DNA from: Squalus acanthias
Taxonomy: Eukaryota
DNA length: 64,000 bases
Direction of reading: 5' to 3'
Assembly: GCA_030390025.1 (NCBI GenBank)
Contig: CM059434.1
Location: 52,576,001 to 52,640,000 of the forward strand
Made by a program: the position numbers and the translations under genes. Below the pieces are notes generated by a model. That model had not been told where the DNA came from and ran no database searches. It saw nothing but the letters and a program-made list of their open reading frames with translations. How positions within the stretch are numbered: position 1 is the first letter of the stretch; every line of letters starts with the position of its first letter. This document shows positions 12,704 to 25,528 of this stretch, in pieces.

Positions 12704-13349
12704 GGGGGTGATTTTGTGAATGGGGGGCGTTGGAGGCGGGACTGCTGCTTGTCGGGTCGATGTTCCGCCTCCATCGATTTGTGGCCAACCCACGCTATTT
12801 TCCCTTGATTGACCTTGTTAAGCCCGCCCAGCGGGCTTAGCAGGCCAACCAAGGGAAAGCCAGTTGCAGAGCACGTCAACGTATGATGTTTCATCTATCA
12901 AAAATTTTTGACAGATGAATTGTTATCGTTTGACAGCTCTGTGAAGCTGTCAAACAGTGACATTCTCTGCAGTTTGATGAGGTCTTGCATACAAGACCTC
13001 ATCAACCTTTTTTCTTTTACAGAAATGAGATGGTTGTTGCATATGAGAATGCAATGGCCATCTCTCATCTGCAACACGGAGGTCCAAGAGTCTCCGCATA
13101 CAAACCGACTGAAGCCTGCAGGAAGAAACAAAGGTAAGTACACTTTTAAAAACACTTTGCACTTACCTCAGATACTCACCTCTACACTCTTGCACCCATC
13201 ACTTACCTTCACACCACACTTTTGCACACCCCCGACCCCCGCAGACCCAGTACTCGCCTCGCTGAGCTGGCGTGTTTTGGCAAATTCTGCCATTTTCCTG
13301 GCAGTCCCGCCTCCATACCCGCCTCTCCAGGGCTGGCAAAATCGCCCCC
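12704..13349. mobile_element. PIF/Harbinger MITE nested in CR1
   Basis: TIRs GGGGGTGATTTTG / CAAAATCGCCCCC (12/13), exact TTA TSD; CR1 sequence resumes on both sides. Confidence 0.88.
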
Positions 13350-15539
13350 TTAAAGTAATTAAGATCAGTAGCGAAAAAGTACTAGAGAAACTAATGGGAC
13401 TAAAAGTCGACACATCCCCTGGACCTGATGGCCTACATCCTAGGGTTCTAAAAGCGGTAGCTGCAGATATAGTGGATGTATTGATTGTGATCTTCCAAAA
13501 TTCCCAAGATTCTAGAACGGTCCCATTGGATTGGAAGGTAGCAAATGTAACAACGCTATACAAGGAGGGAGAGAGAAAACAGGGAACTACAGGCCAGTTA
13601 GTCTGACATCAGTTGTCGGGAAAATGCTGGAATCCATTATTAAAGAAGTGGTAACAGGGCATTTAGAAAATCATAATATGATTAGGCAGAGTCAACATGG
13701 TTTTATGAAAGGGAAATCGTGTTTAACAAATTTATTAGAGTTTTTTGAGGATGTAACTAGCAGGGTAGATAAAGGGGAACCAGTGGATGTAGTATATTTG
13801 AATTTCCAAAAGGCATTCAATAAGGTGCCACATAAAAGGTTGCTACACAAGGGCTCATGGGGTTGGGGGTAATATATTAGCATGGATAGAGGATTGGTTA
13901 ACGGACAGAAAACAGAGTATGGATAATTGGGTCATTTTCCGGTTGGCAGGCTGTAACTAGTGGGGTGCCACAAGGATCAGTGCTTGGGCCTCAGCTATTT
14001 ACAATCTATATTAATGGCTTAGATGAAGGGACCGAGTGCAATGTATCCAAGTTGGCTGACGATACAAAGCTAGGTGGGAAAGCAAGCTGTGAGGAGGACA
14101 CAAAGAGCCTGCAAAGGGATATAGACAGGTTAAGTGAGTGGGCAATAAGGTGGCAGATGGAGTATAATGTGGGAAAATGTGAGGTTATTCACTTTGGTAG
14201 GAAGAATAGAAAATCAGAATATAATTTAAATGGTGAGAAACTATTAAATGTTGGTGTCCTCGTACAGGAAACACAGAGAGTTAGCATGCAGGTACAGCAA
14301 GCAATTAGGAAGGCAAATGGCATGTTAGCCTTTATTGCAAGGGGGTTGGAGTACAAGAGTAAAGAAGTCTTGCTACAATTGTACAGGGCCTTGGTGAGAC
14401 CACACCTGGAGTACTGTGCACAGTTTTGGTCTCTTTATCTAAGGAAGGATATATTTGCCTCAGAGGCGGTGTAATAAAGGTTCATTAGGTTGATTCCTGG
14501 AATGAGAGGGTTGTCTTATGAGGAGAGATTAAGTAGATTGGGCCTATACTCTCTGGAGTTTAGAAAGTTGAGAGGTAGTTGCATTGAAACATGTAAGATT
14601 CTGAGGGGGATTGACATGGTAGATGCTGAGAGGTTGTTTCCCCTGTCTGGAGAGTCTAGAACTAGGGGGCATAATCTCAGGATAAGGGGTTGGCCATTTA
14701 AGACTGAGATAAGATGGAATTTCTTCACTCAGAGGGTTGTGAATCTTTGGAATTCTTTCCCCCAAAGGGCTGTGGATGCTGAATCATTGAGTATATTCAA
14801 GGCTGAAGTAGATAGATTTTTGGACTCTCGGGGAATCAAGGGAATCAGGTGGGAAAGTGGAGTTGAGGTCGAAAATCAGCCATGATCTTATTGAATGGCG
14901 GAGCAGGCTCAAGGGGCCAAATGGCCTACTCCTGCTCCTAATTCTTATGTTCTTACAAGACACTTTTATGTAATAAATGCAAGGCTTAATATTATAATAA
15001 TTTAAATATATTTAAGCAAATCAGTGCTGTTTAAACAAGGAAAGTGACTGACAAAAACTGAATTGACTGAACAAATCTATTAGCCAGCAATCATATGAAT
15101 CAGCTTACATGTCACATAAATATTTGATTCATTTTTTTAATGAAACATAAGACTGCTGGTTTTGCTGTTTTCATTACTTGTGTGTGACAGGAAAGAGTGA
15201 TACAAGCATTCCGATGAAAGAACTCACTGATACAGCATCACATGACATATACATTATTATAAGGCTGATCTTGCAATACATTATCAAGATAGTTACTGTA
15301 TCACAGTATGTCATGATACAAGACTTTTTAGTACAGTGTCCTTTAATTTATATAATTATCATGTTCTTTTATCAGACTTCAGAAGTTGTTTCCTCAAAAC
15401 ATAATGGTCTTCCTAACATAAGGGAATGTGTCCAAGTAAAACCAATTGCTTTCTCCTAAAATAAGGATGAAGAGAGCTTCACCCACCTAGCCTGACTGCT
15501 CATGACACTTTCCATCTATTACCAGTGTTTGCAGAATAG

Positions 15540-16025
15540 GTTAAGTGTTGCGATTATGATACAGTGAACTATTTCATTTGATCTATTAAAGAAAATTAAT
15601 ATTCTGGAACGCCCATCTCTCTCCTCCATTGTTCCTCCATCCTCTGACTCTTGCTGGAGGATGGTTCTATGGTGCCAGTAGCCGTATAGTACCTCACCCA
15701 AGCGACCTTACTAACCTGTATGGGCAGGTGATTCAACTGTGGCACCATCAAAGCCAAACCTGGTCCTGTCCTCACCCAACACACACACACTTTCCAGCAG
15801 AGGTCACGGGATAATAATCAAACGAAAAAAACCGGGGCTGATTTTTCTTCTCCCTAACCCAGCAACACTGAGGTTAACTGTACTGCCCCCCCAACTGCCA
15901 CAGCTGAATTTGGTGAACACAGTACAGACCAGGAAATCAAAACTGGAAGCCCCCCGCACACACCCTTTTCTGAATGGCTCAGTACCACACCATATGGTCT
16001 ATTTACCCACTGAGATATTGGGGTT
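15540..16025 (-). mobile_element. Old SINE-like interspersed repeat (family not named)
   Basis: Diverged copy of a repeat also seen near 16420-16795, 17850-18170, 21010-21398, 37915-38210, 44545-44720, 44930-45192, 50935-51260 and 60760-61115; shared motifs CTGAGATCAGCTAACTCAGCACAGAC and GGCTGATTTTTC. Confidence 0.6.
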
Positions 16026-16419
16026 CAAAGTCTCCTATCTGAGGCATATTGTTTCCCAGTGAGAAAGCATCTTTATAGAACAAAAAAAACCAGTCAGGTG
16101 GTTTATACAGTGAATCAGTTATTGGCTAGCTCCTGTTACATTAAGCGTCACTTATCATCCTTCGCAGTTCTGGATGCTGTCCTGGTTCTCCAACACAATT
16201 TAAAACCACAGTGTCAGACTTGAGCAGCAGCCAATTGTGAACTTTAAAAAAAAAAGCAGGAAATGGTGGAAATGTAAAGACAATCAGCATCTCAGAAGGC
16301 AAGTTAGCATTTCAAGTGAGATTTTTCATCACAGGAGCAGAATCTGAGGAAGGGTCCCACCCAAAATGTATCGCAAATTTTTTCAGATGCTATCAATCTA
16401 CTCTGTATTTCCATTGTTT

Positions 16420-16795
16420 CCTTTCTTACAATTCATTTCCCCCCCGCTCTCCTGATGGCACAGACTTTTGCTGGGATATAGTTCCACAGGTGCTTGTAGC
16501 TTCCTGGTCCTTAGCCCACTTGTTCATGTGTGAGCCTAAGCACCAAGTGTCAGCAGGCTTTTCAACAGTGGGGAGAGGGGGATTACAGCCAAGCCCAACC
16601 TTGTCCTCGCCCAACATCCACACATGCACTTTTGGGCACGATAGTGATCCGGAGAGGGAACCAAGGCTGATTTTTCTGCTCTCTATAACACCCCTATACT
16701 GAGATCAGCTAACTCAGCACAGACTGTTGATAGAACCTGGGACCTATTTGGTGTGCATAGGTTAGTGGACAGTGCAACTGAGTCATCGGGGAGCT
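16420..16795 (-). mobile_element. Old SINE-like interspersed repeat (same family)
   Basis: Contains CTGAGATCAGCTAACTCAGCACAGACT and CCCAACATCCACACATGCAC. Confidence 0.65.
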
Positions 16796-16984
16796 CTTCT
16801 TTAAATTAACTCACACTCCATCCTGCCACTTCCTCTTCCTGTTTAGACTTGGATGCCGTAAGAGCTGGCAATGTGGAGGTAAATCTGGGAAACTGTAATT
16901 TAACTGCTCCTGGCTAACATAGGATGAACAGAGCAAAGAACCATTAACAGCAAGTAATTTAAACAATTAAAAAGAACATAAATA

Positions 16985-17277
16985 TTAATTGTTCGAGGGA
17001 GGAGGTGTGAATATGTGTGTGTTCTGGCTATGCAGCGATCTCAGATAATCCGGTGTCTGAGGTGCTTGAATCATTGAGGATCGGGAATGATCAAGCAACA
17101 ACTGGATAATCCGCAGCTCATGCTCACGCTCCTCTCTCCGTCTCTCTTCCTCCCATTTGTAGAACCTTTCTTCAGCTTTCCTCTGATAGTCCATGAAGGT
17201 GTTGATAATGGTGCCAATGTGTCTCTGAAACATGGTTCCTTTCTTCGGCTTCATCCTCTTCTTTGGCACTGAGCATT
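16985..17277 (-). CDS. Myb/SANT-like (trihelix) protein, exon 4 of 4 (NLS-like basic patch, coiled coil, stop)
   Basis: Acceptor tgtag|AA, phase 1; encodes (E)CSVPKKRMKPKK...FMDYQRKAEERFYKWEEERRREEREHELRIIQLLL...PPSNN*; in frame with ORF 16985..17269. Confidence 0.8.
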
Positions 17278-17330
17278 CTACATGTTTTCAAAAGGACAGA
17301 TAAGTGAGATATGATCAGATTACTTGGGAT

Positions 17331-17784
17331 AAAGAAAGACTTGTATTTATATAGCACCTTTCACAACCAAGGACATCCCAAAGCGCTTTGCAGCAAATTA
17401 ACTACTTTTGAAGTGTAGTCATTGTTGTAATGTAGGAAAGGTGGCAGCCAATTTCCACACAGCAAGCTCCCATAAACAGCAATGTGATGATGACCAGATA
17501 ATCTGTTTCAGTGATGTTGATTGTGGGATAAATATTGGCCAGGACACCAGGGAGAACTCCCTTGCTCTTTTTCAAATAGTGTCATGGGATCTTTTACGTC
17601 CGCCTGAGAGGGCAGATGGGGCCTCGGTTTAACGTTCTCATCCGAAAGACGGCACCTCCGACAGTGCAGCACTCCCTCAGTTCTGCACTGGAGTGTCAGC
17701 CCAGATTTTTGTGCTCAAGTCTCTGGAACCCACAACCTTCTGACTCAGAGACAAGAGTGCTACCACTGAGCCACAGCTGACACC
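17331..17784 (-). mobile_element. Near full-length SacSINE1-like DeuSINE (intron 3)
   Basis: tRNA-like head with A-box TGGCTCAGTGG, central Deu-type domain, L2-type tail ATAAATACAAGTCTTTCTTT. Confidence 0.9.
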
Positions 17785-18635
17785 TGATGCAGCAGTGCAA
17801 GCCTATGTTCTACTCAGTGCTCTTCTTTGTTACTTTAAATTTTTAAATTTTTGCCCCTGCCCTCCTGTAGGTGCCAACTCCTTGCTCACCACTTCCGGTA
17901 CTTCACCCAAGCAGCTATTCTTGATGTGAGCCTAGTTAGTAACCGTCAGCAGGTTATTCAATTATGAAGAGTACCAGCCACCACCTGACATCTATAAAAA
18001 CAGACTTTCAGAGAATGATCAGGAGCAGGAACTCTTGCGATTTTCTTCTCTCCCTAGCCCAGTGGTGCTAAGGCCAGTTGTAGCACTCTTACTGCAGGCC
18101 CAGCTGAGATCAGCTAAGATGGAGCTAGGGAATCTTCTGATCTGTACAGCTTAGTGCTACATTTGGTGGTGATTATGATGACAAATAAAGTATTTTTGTT
18201 TAGTTTTGGCTTGGTGACTGTCCCTTTAAGTCCAGTTACACTACATAGGAGCTTAAAAGCCAATTTAGGTTAAAATCCATGTCCCGAGCTCATTGCGCTT
18301 TCATAACAGAAGTGCTGGCCTACTAGCAAAGATCAAAGAGAAGGCCTGGCAGTGTCTCAGGAGTGGAGAAGACAAAGGGCAGGCCGGGACTGGCAAACAG
18401 CAAGCAGCAGACCCTAGCACCAACATTATGGGGTGTCAAATGAGTGGAGAGAATACATAAATAATATCTGAGCGAGGTAATCTGGCATTAGACCCTTCCA
18501 TCGCTAGGTCACAATCTCATACCTGTTTTGACTGTGCCAGTAATTCCTAATAATTTGCTGGATTTGTAAAATAATTCTGTAATTATCCAGCTCATATTCA
18601 TAACATTATTAGTGCATCATTGCTCAGGTACACAC

Positions 18636-18728
18636 CATGCTCAGGTTCAGTCCTTTTTCTGCTTGTTGCAGCAGGGGCCTCCGAGGCTGTGCTAATCTTC
18701 TCTTCTTCCACAGGGCCTTCTGTTTCTG
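18636..18728 (-). CDS. Myb/SANT-like protein, exon 3 of 4
   Basis: Pyrimidine tract plus tag|CAG (NAGNAG) acceptor, donor G|gtgtgt, 93 nt, phase 1-1; (A)ETEGPVEEEKISTASEAPAATSRKRTEPEH. Confidence 0.7.
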
Positions 18729-18778
18729 CTACATAAGGAATCAAGAAAAATAGTAAATGACAACAGTAAATTGTAGCA

Positions 18779-18930
18779 GTCCCATTAGAACACAACAGCA
18801 ATCAACCAAACTTTTCCCATTAGACCTCAATAACACTCAAAAGAACCAGTATCATTAGAACCCAACACCATTCAACTAAACCAGTCCCATTAGAATCCAA
18901 CAAACTCAACAACACTTAACTGAACTAGTG
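18779..18930. repeat. Degenerate minisatellite, about 35-bp unit x4
   Basis: CCCATTAGA(A/C)-like core repeated about every 35 bp. Confidence 0.6.
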
Positions 18931-19570
18931 TTGCATGCCACCTGAAGGTGCTTCATGGGACAGTACAAAGGGACCTTAACCATGTATCTAACCTGTGCTA
19001 CACTATGCCCTAAGCCTCACATCCAAATGGCAAACTCTAATCTGCTCCCAATATGGACTACTATATTAGCCTCAGTTCAATGTTTCAAGCCCTAAGCAAT
19101 ATTAAATGATAACTCCTTTGGATTTTCTCTTTCAGATTTTGCTTGTCTGTTCAACCTTGTTCTATAGGACCAAAATCAAAATAAACAAATAAAAAGTTTT
19201 GTATCTGTATGAATGTGGAGTTTCTCCTGGCCTTCTGATTGGACCATGCTAACCATATGGTATTATTCATACCATAATTGGCAGGATCAATCAGACCACA
19301 AGCCATAAGAAATAATGGAGCCATGAAGATCGGATCTGTGTACTTGCATCTGGAACAAGCCTCCTTACCACCTGTGAGCAATGCCATGGGAAATTTCCTC
19401 GTATACATATACTATTGATTATTGTCAAGACTATCGCAAGCAAAAAGACTTCTGTTGAAAAGTGCATGCTTGTGAACGTCAAGTGACAGCAGGTTTGGGC
19501 TTGGCTATGATGCCCTCTATAGGGTAACAGCCCCACCAAAATGCGTTCTCTCGGCTCTCATATGAATAAA

Positions 19571-20331
19571 TAACAACAACAACTTGCATTTATATAGTGC
19601 CTTTAACATAGTAAATCATCCCAAGGCGCTTCACAGGAGCATTATAAAACAAAATTTGACACCAAGCCGCATAAGGAGATATAAAGGAAGATGACCAAAA
19701 GCTTGGTCAAAGAGGTAGGTTTTAAGGAACATCTTAAAGGAGGAAAGAGAGGAGAGAGGCGGAGAGGTTTAGGGAGGGAATTCCAGAGCTTAGGGCCCTG
19801 GAAGCTAAAGGCACAGACATCAACGGTGGAGCGATTAAAATTGGGGATGCTCTCGCGGTCAGAATTAGAGGAGCGCAGATATCTCGGGGGGTTGTGGGGA
19901 TGAAGGAGATTACAGAGATAGGGAGGAGCGAGGCCATGGAGGGATTTGAAAACAAGGATGAGAATTTTAAAACCGAGGCGTTGCTTAACCGGGAGCCAAT
20001 GTAGGTCAGCGAGCACTGGGGTGATGGGTGAACGGGACTTGGTGCGACTTAGGACATGGACAGCAGAGTTTTGGATGACCTCAAGTTTAAAGAGGGTAGA
20101 ACATGGAAGGCTGGCCAGGAGTGTGTTGGAATAGTCAAGTCTAGAGGTAACAAAGGCATGGATGAGGGTTTCAGTAGCAGATGAACTGAGGCAGGGGTGG
20201 AGTTGGGCGATATTCCGGAGGTGGAAATAGGCGGTCTTAGTGATGGCGCGGATATTTGGTCGGAAGCTCATTTCGGGGTCAAATATGACACCAAGGTTGC
20301 GAACAGTCTGATTCAGCCTCAGACAGATGCC
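19571..20331 (-). mobile_element. L2 LINE 3' fragment (intron 2)
   Basis: ORF 19642..20334 with VRNLGVIFD, SRLDYSN, LHWLPV, LWNSLP; (GTT)n tail. Confidence 0.92.
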
Positions 20332-20744
20332 CATCTGGATGAGGTACCAGAAGGCAACTGTACTCCAGCATAAGTCAGCACCTTAAGGAGACAACGAGAG
20401 ACAATTGGGATGAAAAAAAGAATTTCTCTGGAATACAGACACTAAGACCAGTGGAGTTAGCAGGCTAAACTTGTCTATACTTTGACCATTTCCTAAGCAG
20501 AGATGTGAAAACAGAGATTCAAGCACTGAATAGAGTCAGTTGCAATCCTCCGTTATTGATTCCAATCTTCCATTTTGTGCGAAAGTGATCCCAAAGAGAT
20601 CCCACTTACCGTTCCATCCCCCAACCCCAAAAGATGCCATTCTCTCTCCTCACAATATTATCACTTGCATCAATCACTAGTTTGGGTAAATGTTGGAATC
20701 TAATCCTTGCCTCTCCATCATTCTTCATAAAACTTGACACGTAC

Positions 20745-20837
20745 CTGTAACACTGTCTGCTCCAGACTGTGGTTCAGGCAGAACTTTATCTTCTTCCTCG
20801 TCTCTGCTGATGGCCGCAGCTGGTTGGGCATAGCACG
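20745..20837 (-). CDS. Myb/SANT-like protein, exon 2 of 4
   Basis: Acceptor ctcccacag|CG, donor CAG|gtacgt, 93 nt, phase 1-1; (A)CYAQPAAAISRDEEEDKVLPEPQSGADSVT. Confidence 0.68.
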
Positions 20838-21398
20838 CTGTGGGAGTTTAAGATTTACAGTGTGTGAGTGCTCTGCCAATTTTAATAGCAAGATGTGTCC
20901 TCCCCCTCATTGGAAATCTGGGCAGAGAGAACAGTAGTTACAGCATGGAGCGCACAGGTTACACTGTTCTCATGAAGATTCATATCTGTAAATCAGTGTT
21001 TTTTTTCTAACCAGTTTTCTCCACTTTTCTCCTCCACCTCTCTTCAAGGTGTCGACTTTTGTTGGGGTACAGTGCTACAGGAACCAGGTACCCTCACCCA
21101 GTGGCCACTGTTTACCTATGACAGTGAGTATCGGCAGGATATTCAGCCTAAATAGATATCCAAGTTCGATCCTGTCCTCACCCCACATCCACACATGCGC
21201 ATCACCAGGCTCACTGGATAGCGACCAGGAACAGAAACACTCACTAAATTTCCCTTCCCTAAATCAGGGGTACTGAGGCCTATTGTAGTCTCTTTACTAC
21301 CACCATCCTGACTGAGATCAGTAGCTTGGTCCAGACTGGGAATAGAACCTCAGACCTTCTGGGCTGTGTGACTCAGCTCCTCATTCGCCTAACTCATC

Positions 21399-22155
21399 GG
21401 GCTGGACTTTAAGGAGGAGGGCGAGTTGGGGGCGGGGAAGGCTCCGAAGCGGTCGGGAAACGTGGAAGGCCGGGTTTCCCGCAGGCCCTGCCGACTATAA
21501 CGGCAGGGCCTGATTTGCATGTGAGGCCTCGGTTTCCCGCCCACAGCCAGCTAGATTGAGCAGCGAGCTGGCTGTGGGCGGGTAGGCCGGCGGCACTCGG
21601 CTGCACAGAGGAGGGGGGGGAGGGTTCGCGTGGGGGCCGGGCTGTTAAAAGGATCGGGTGGGGGGGTCAGACGGAAGATCGGGGGGTGGGGGGGGGAGGA
21701 GGGGAGAGAGGAACGGGGCCGGCCTCAGCCTCATCAGTGGGGTGGGGGGAAGGCCTAGGGGGGTGATCGGAGGCCTCTTGAGGGGGTCTCCGATCGCAGG
21801 GGCTGGGTTAGATAGGGACCCTGGATCCAGGAGGTAGGTGTAAAGGCACTTATCTCCTGGATCCAGCAGTCCCCACCTTGCTGTAACTGCTGGGTTTTAC
21901 GAAGTGTGTAAAACCCGTCCACATGCAGTTAAAAACAAAATGGAGGTTAAAAAAAAGGCTTCCTTCCTCATTATAATATTTAAATTGACATCCCGCCTCC
22001 TGGGAGCGGGTTCGCTGCCCAGCCCATCCTGTTTCCCGTCCCGCCTCTGTTAAAACTGGAAGTGGGCGGGTTCAGGTCAGGAATTCGATCTTTAACAATT
22101 TAACTACCCCCACGCTCCAAACCCACACTTTTTTTTTTAGGTTAAAATTCTCCCC
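21399..22155. mobile_element. PIF/Harbinger MITE (same family as 61540-62400)
   Basis: Imperfect TIRs GGGCTGGACTTTAA / TTAAAATTCTCCCC, exact 3-bp TSD ATC, end-to-end similarity to 61540-62400. Confidence 0.88.
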
Positions 22156-22224
22156 ATCAAGTCAGTGAGAAAGCAGTAAATCATTATCAGTTATAACCGG
22201 TGGCGGCGCACTAGCTCACTCTCA

Positions 22225-23923
22225 GGCCGGAATTTTTCAGTGCTCAGAGTGCGGGTTTGGAGGCGGGTCCGCTGTCAAAATCAAAGATTGACAGCGGGTC
22301 GGTATCTCGCTGTAAACCCGCCTCCTTGTCAGTTTCCCAAATATCTGGTCTGTCATCCCTGAACAGACCCGACACCAAGCGGTGGGTCAGCCAATTTAGA
22401 TACTTAAAAGCTTGTTCAAAGGTAGTTAAGCACCATTTTACCATGCACTTACCATTTTACCAGCTTTTCCACGAATTTCCCGGAGCGCGGGGATCACGTC
22501 AGGTAAGTAGGTTGGGTGTTGTGTCAGCATGGAATGATTTACTAACCTGACAGCTGCAAATGGTCTATAAAAGCTCCCATTTCATAGGTCTTCACTTTCC
22601 AAGGTTAGAAGCTGTTGCTTACTCCATTTGGAAGACAGATTGGCCTTTATGCAGGTGGCAAGTGTTTGGAGCAAACTCTCAATCCAGTGTCACCTCATTG
22701 GAACAACCTCTCTCACCATTGACAGATCGCTTCTGTCATCTCAACCTCACCTGCCGTCAATCCATCAGCTTCGGAGCCCTTGAAAAAATCTTGGTCCTCA
22801 GAATCCCAACACGATCAGCCCCAACACCAGCATCACCAGGCACACCAGCAGCACCAACATCCACACCAACCTTCTCCACAATCAACTGATGGTGCACTGG
22901 ACACAGGGCATTATTACCCATGCACATTGCTGCCCAGGACGCCAGCGATGGCTTCACCATGTCCACATTTGCTTCACTTAACACTGTACACCCTGGCTGC
23001 CACATGATGCACCAGCATCCCTACAATGTCCAAGCCATTCCTTTCACACTCATCACCATTGGGGAGGGGCGGGGGGAACGTTATGTCTCACCATTCACTG
23101 CAACTCACTAAGACACTTTCAAAGGTGCACACAAATCTGTCCAAGAAGGCAAAGTGGTGAACACATTAACAGAAACTTGAACATTAGCTAAAGCACACAA
23201 GTGCCTACCCTTGTGTGTTGTTAGTTGTTATGATTGCACTAGGATGAGGGTGAGTGTGAGGGGTGGTTAGTGAGATGGGGAAGTGATGATATAGATAGAG
23301 AGGGATGGGTGGAGGTGCAAGGTAAGTTGGTGTGAGTAAGGAGGTGCAGGAGTAGGGTAGGGAAGGCACAGTGATGGGGATATGATGAGTGGCACAGGAG
23401 GTTGAGGCTGAGTGTGGCTTTGCAGTAGCGTTTAGTGATGTACTGTGATCATTGAAAGGTTTGCGCCACTGCAGCCAGGTCCTCCTGACAACATCCCTGC
23501 TTGTGCCCTCCTGTGCAATGTGTAACCGGGCTGCGTTGGTGTCCTGGGGAGGTCTCTTCCGCTCATTGGAAGGGAAGAGAACCTCCCTGCGTGCTGTGAC
23601 TGGGAGAGCCTGGGTACAGCTGTGCACCTTTGTGCAGTGCTTGTCAGTGTTTGCAGCACCTCAATGCTGTAGAACACTCACAGCACAACTGTCAAAATGA
23701 ATGTGGCCGTGGTCCCTTTAAGGAAACCGGTTGATGACGTGTCATCAGATGACGTCATCCGACCCGCTTCCTTTTAATTGGCCGGGAACCTCACACAGCG
23801 GGCTGAACAAGCCCAATCAGGGCAAAATCACTTGGAGGAGGCGGGATGAAGACGGGAGCGGGGTGTGAGGTCGCTGCCTACTCCGGCCGCACTGGACTCA
23901 CCACGGCTGGCAAAATCGCAGCC
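22225..23923. mobile_element. Internally deleted Harbinger element with decayed Myb/SANT-like exon
   Basis: Imperfect TIRs GGCCGGAATTTT / AAAATCGCAGCC; minus-strand peptide RREVLFP...LHIAQEGTSRDVVRRTWLQWRKPFND near 23445-23600. Confidence 0.65.
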
Positions 23924-25528
23924 ACAGTGTCACAGAGCCACAGAGCGGGGATCGGTACAAATTCAAGTTCTGCTGCAGGGGATAGTGGCAGCAGCTGGAA
24001 GCAAGCTTTGTACCTGCATTCTTGGCTACAGATGACAGGCCATGCAGACAAAGAAAAAGGGAAGAAGATATGACTGAAATTGAAAACATTGGGAAACTTG
24101 CCCAAATAACCATAAACATAAAACAACAAATAATCACTTGTGACTAAATAAGATGATCACTTGTAACTATGAATAAGTAGGGAGCATGGATTATATGTGG
24201 GGTGGAAAATTTCAAAATCAATACAGACAATCAGAGATAATGTTAGGAAAGGCATTTACAACCTTTAACTGTGAAACATATTAAATTCATTTAAGAATAT
24301 GAAATAAAAACAAAAATGCTGGAAATACAGATGCATCAGTATCTGTAAAATACATTCAGGTTAATGTTCAGCGATATATTCTCCCTAACACTATGGAGCT
24401 GTGCGTAGATTTTACAGTAACATATGTCTGAGTATGTCACCAGCAGTCACTGGATTTCAAAATAATTAATTGTATGTGAAGCGCTTTGAGATATTTCTGA
24501 GCGATGTAATAAGGCACTTTTTAAAGGCAGTCTTTCCTTTCATAATAATTGGTCGTCACTCCTAATGAGTGACGAGCGACACATTTGTAATTGGGGAAAT
24601 AGAAGGAACAGGCACATCAAAAATGAGCAGAAAGGAAGTTTCTTTGGCTGGAGGGAGATAAAGACTATTTATTTTACATCTACAGGACTTCTATAACCTG
24701 CTGTGAATGTTAAAGAAGATGGTGACTTTAGAGGTCGGTTCTTTGATTGCTAAGGGAAACTTTATTCTCCCATCAGGTGCCCATGGCATGGAGCCGCACG
24801 CGTAGGGAGCACTGACACCAGAACTCCAGCAGTCCCTCATTTCCATCCATTTAAATTAACAACAACTTGCATTATATAGCGACTTTAACACAGAAAAACG
24901 TTCCAATTTAGTTGACGGAAAATCAGGCACTGCTGGCCTGCAATTTCCCAAATAGTGCTCCCTGTGAGCACCGCTCCTCACCAGGAACACGTGATCAGAG
25001 AATCAGCTCTTTTGACTCTGGGATCTGTGCTTTGAATGTTAAAGGAGGTGGTGACTTTAGGGGAAGTGCAGTGAATGTTAAAGGAGACACGTGACTCCAG
25101 CTGACTGTATCTGAGATATTAAACATATGGACTATAGATTAAAGTTTATATCAAGAATTTTGTGTTCATTTCTTCATTATGACAATCTTCCATCAATTTT
25201 CAAAATTATTTAAAAAATTCAAAGCTCCACTGTTTTGTTGACAGTCTTCTTGCTTTCTCGCACTATAGGTCAGTCTGTATGGTGTGAGTGGGCACTGATG
25301 ATTCTGCAGAGTATTTAGATACCTGAAGCCCACACTCCTTCAAAGACCATGCATCACAAGCTTTGACAGCTAAAAGAGAACCCCCCAGAAACAGTTAACA
25401 TCTCCAACATCACTTCCTGTAAATCTTCTAAATAATTTATATTCATTTCGTTTACAATAAAGAAAACACACTGAGGAATTGTGCAATTATTTATGATTTC
25501 CCTGTTGCAGTCTGAATTAAAAGGTTAC

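Larger units (their letters stand above)
11583..14955 (+). mobile_element. CR1 LINE, 5'-truncated and frameshifted, carrying L2 and MITE insertions
   Basis: SDHN endonuclease end, SPGPDGLHP, NYRPVSLTS, PQGSVLGP and LADDTKLGG RT motifs, TTCTTATG tail. Confidence 0.93.

Noticed and set aside
20838-20917. Longer versions of exon 2 using acceptors at 20917 or 20872
   Set aside because: The first gives an immediate TGA; the second ends in phase 0, incompatible with exon 3.
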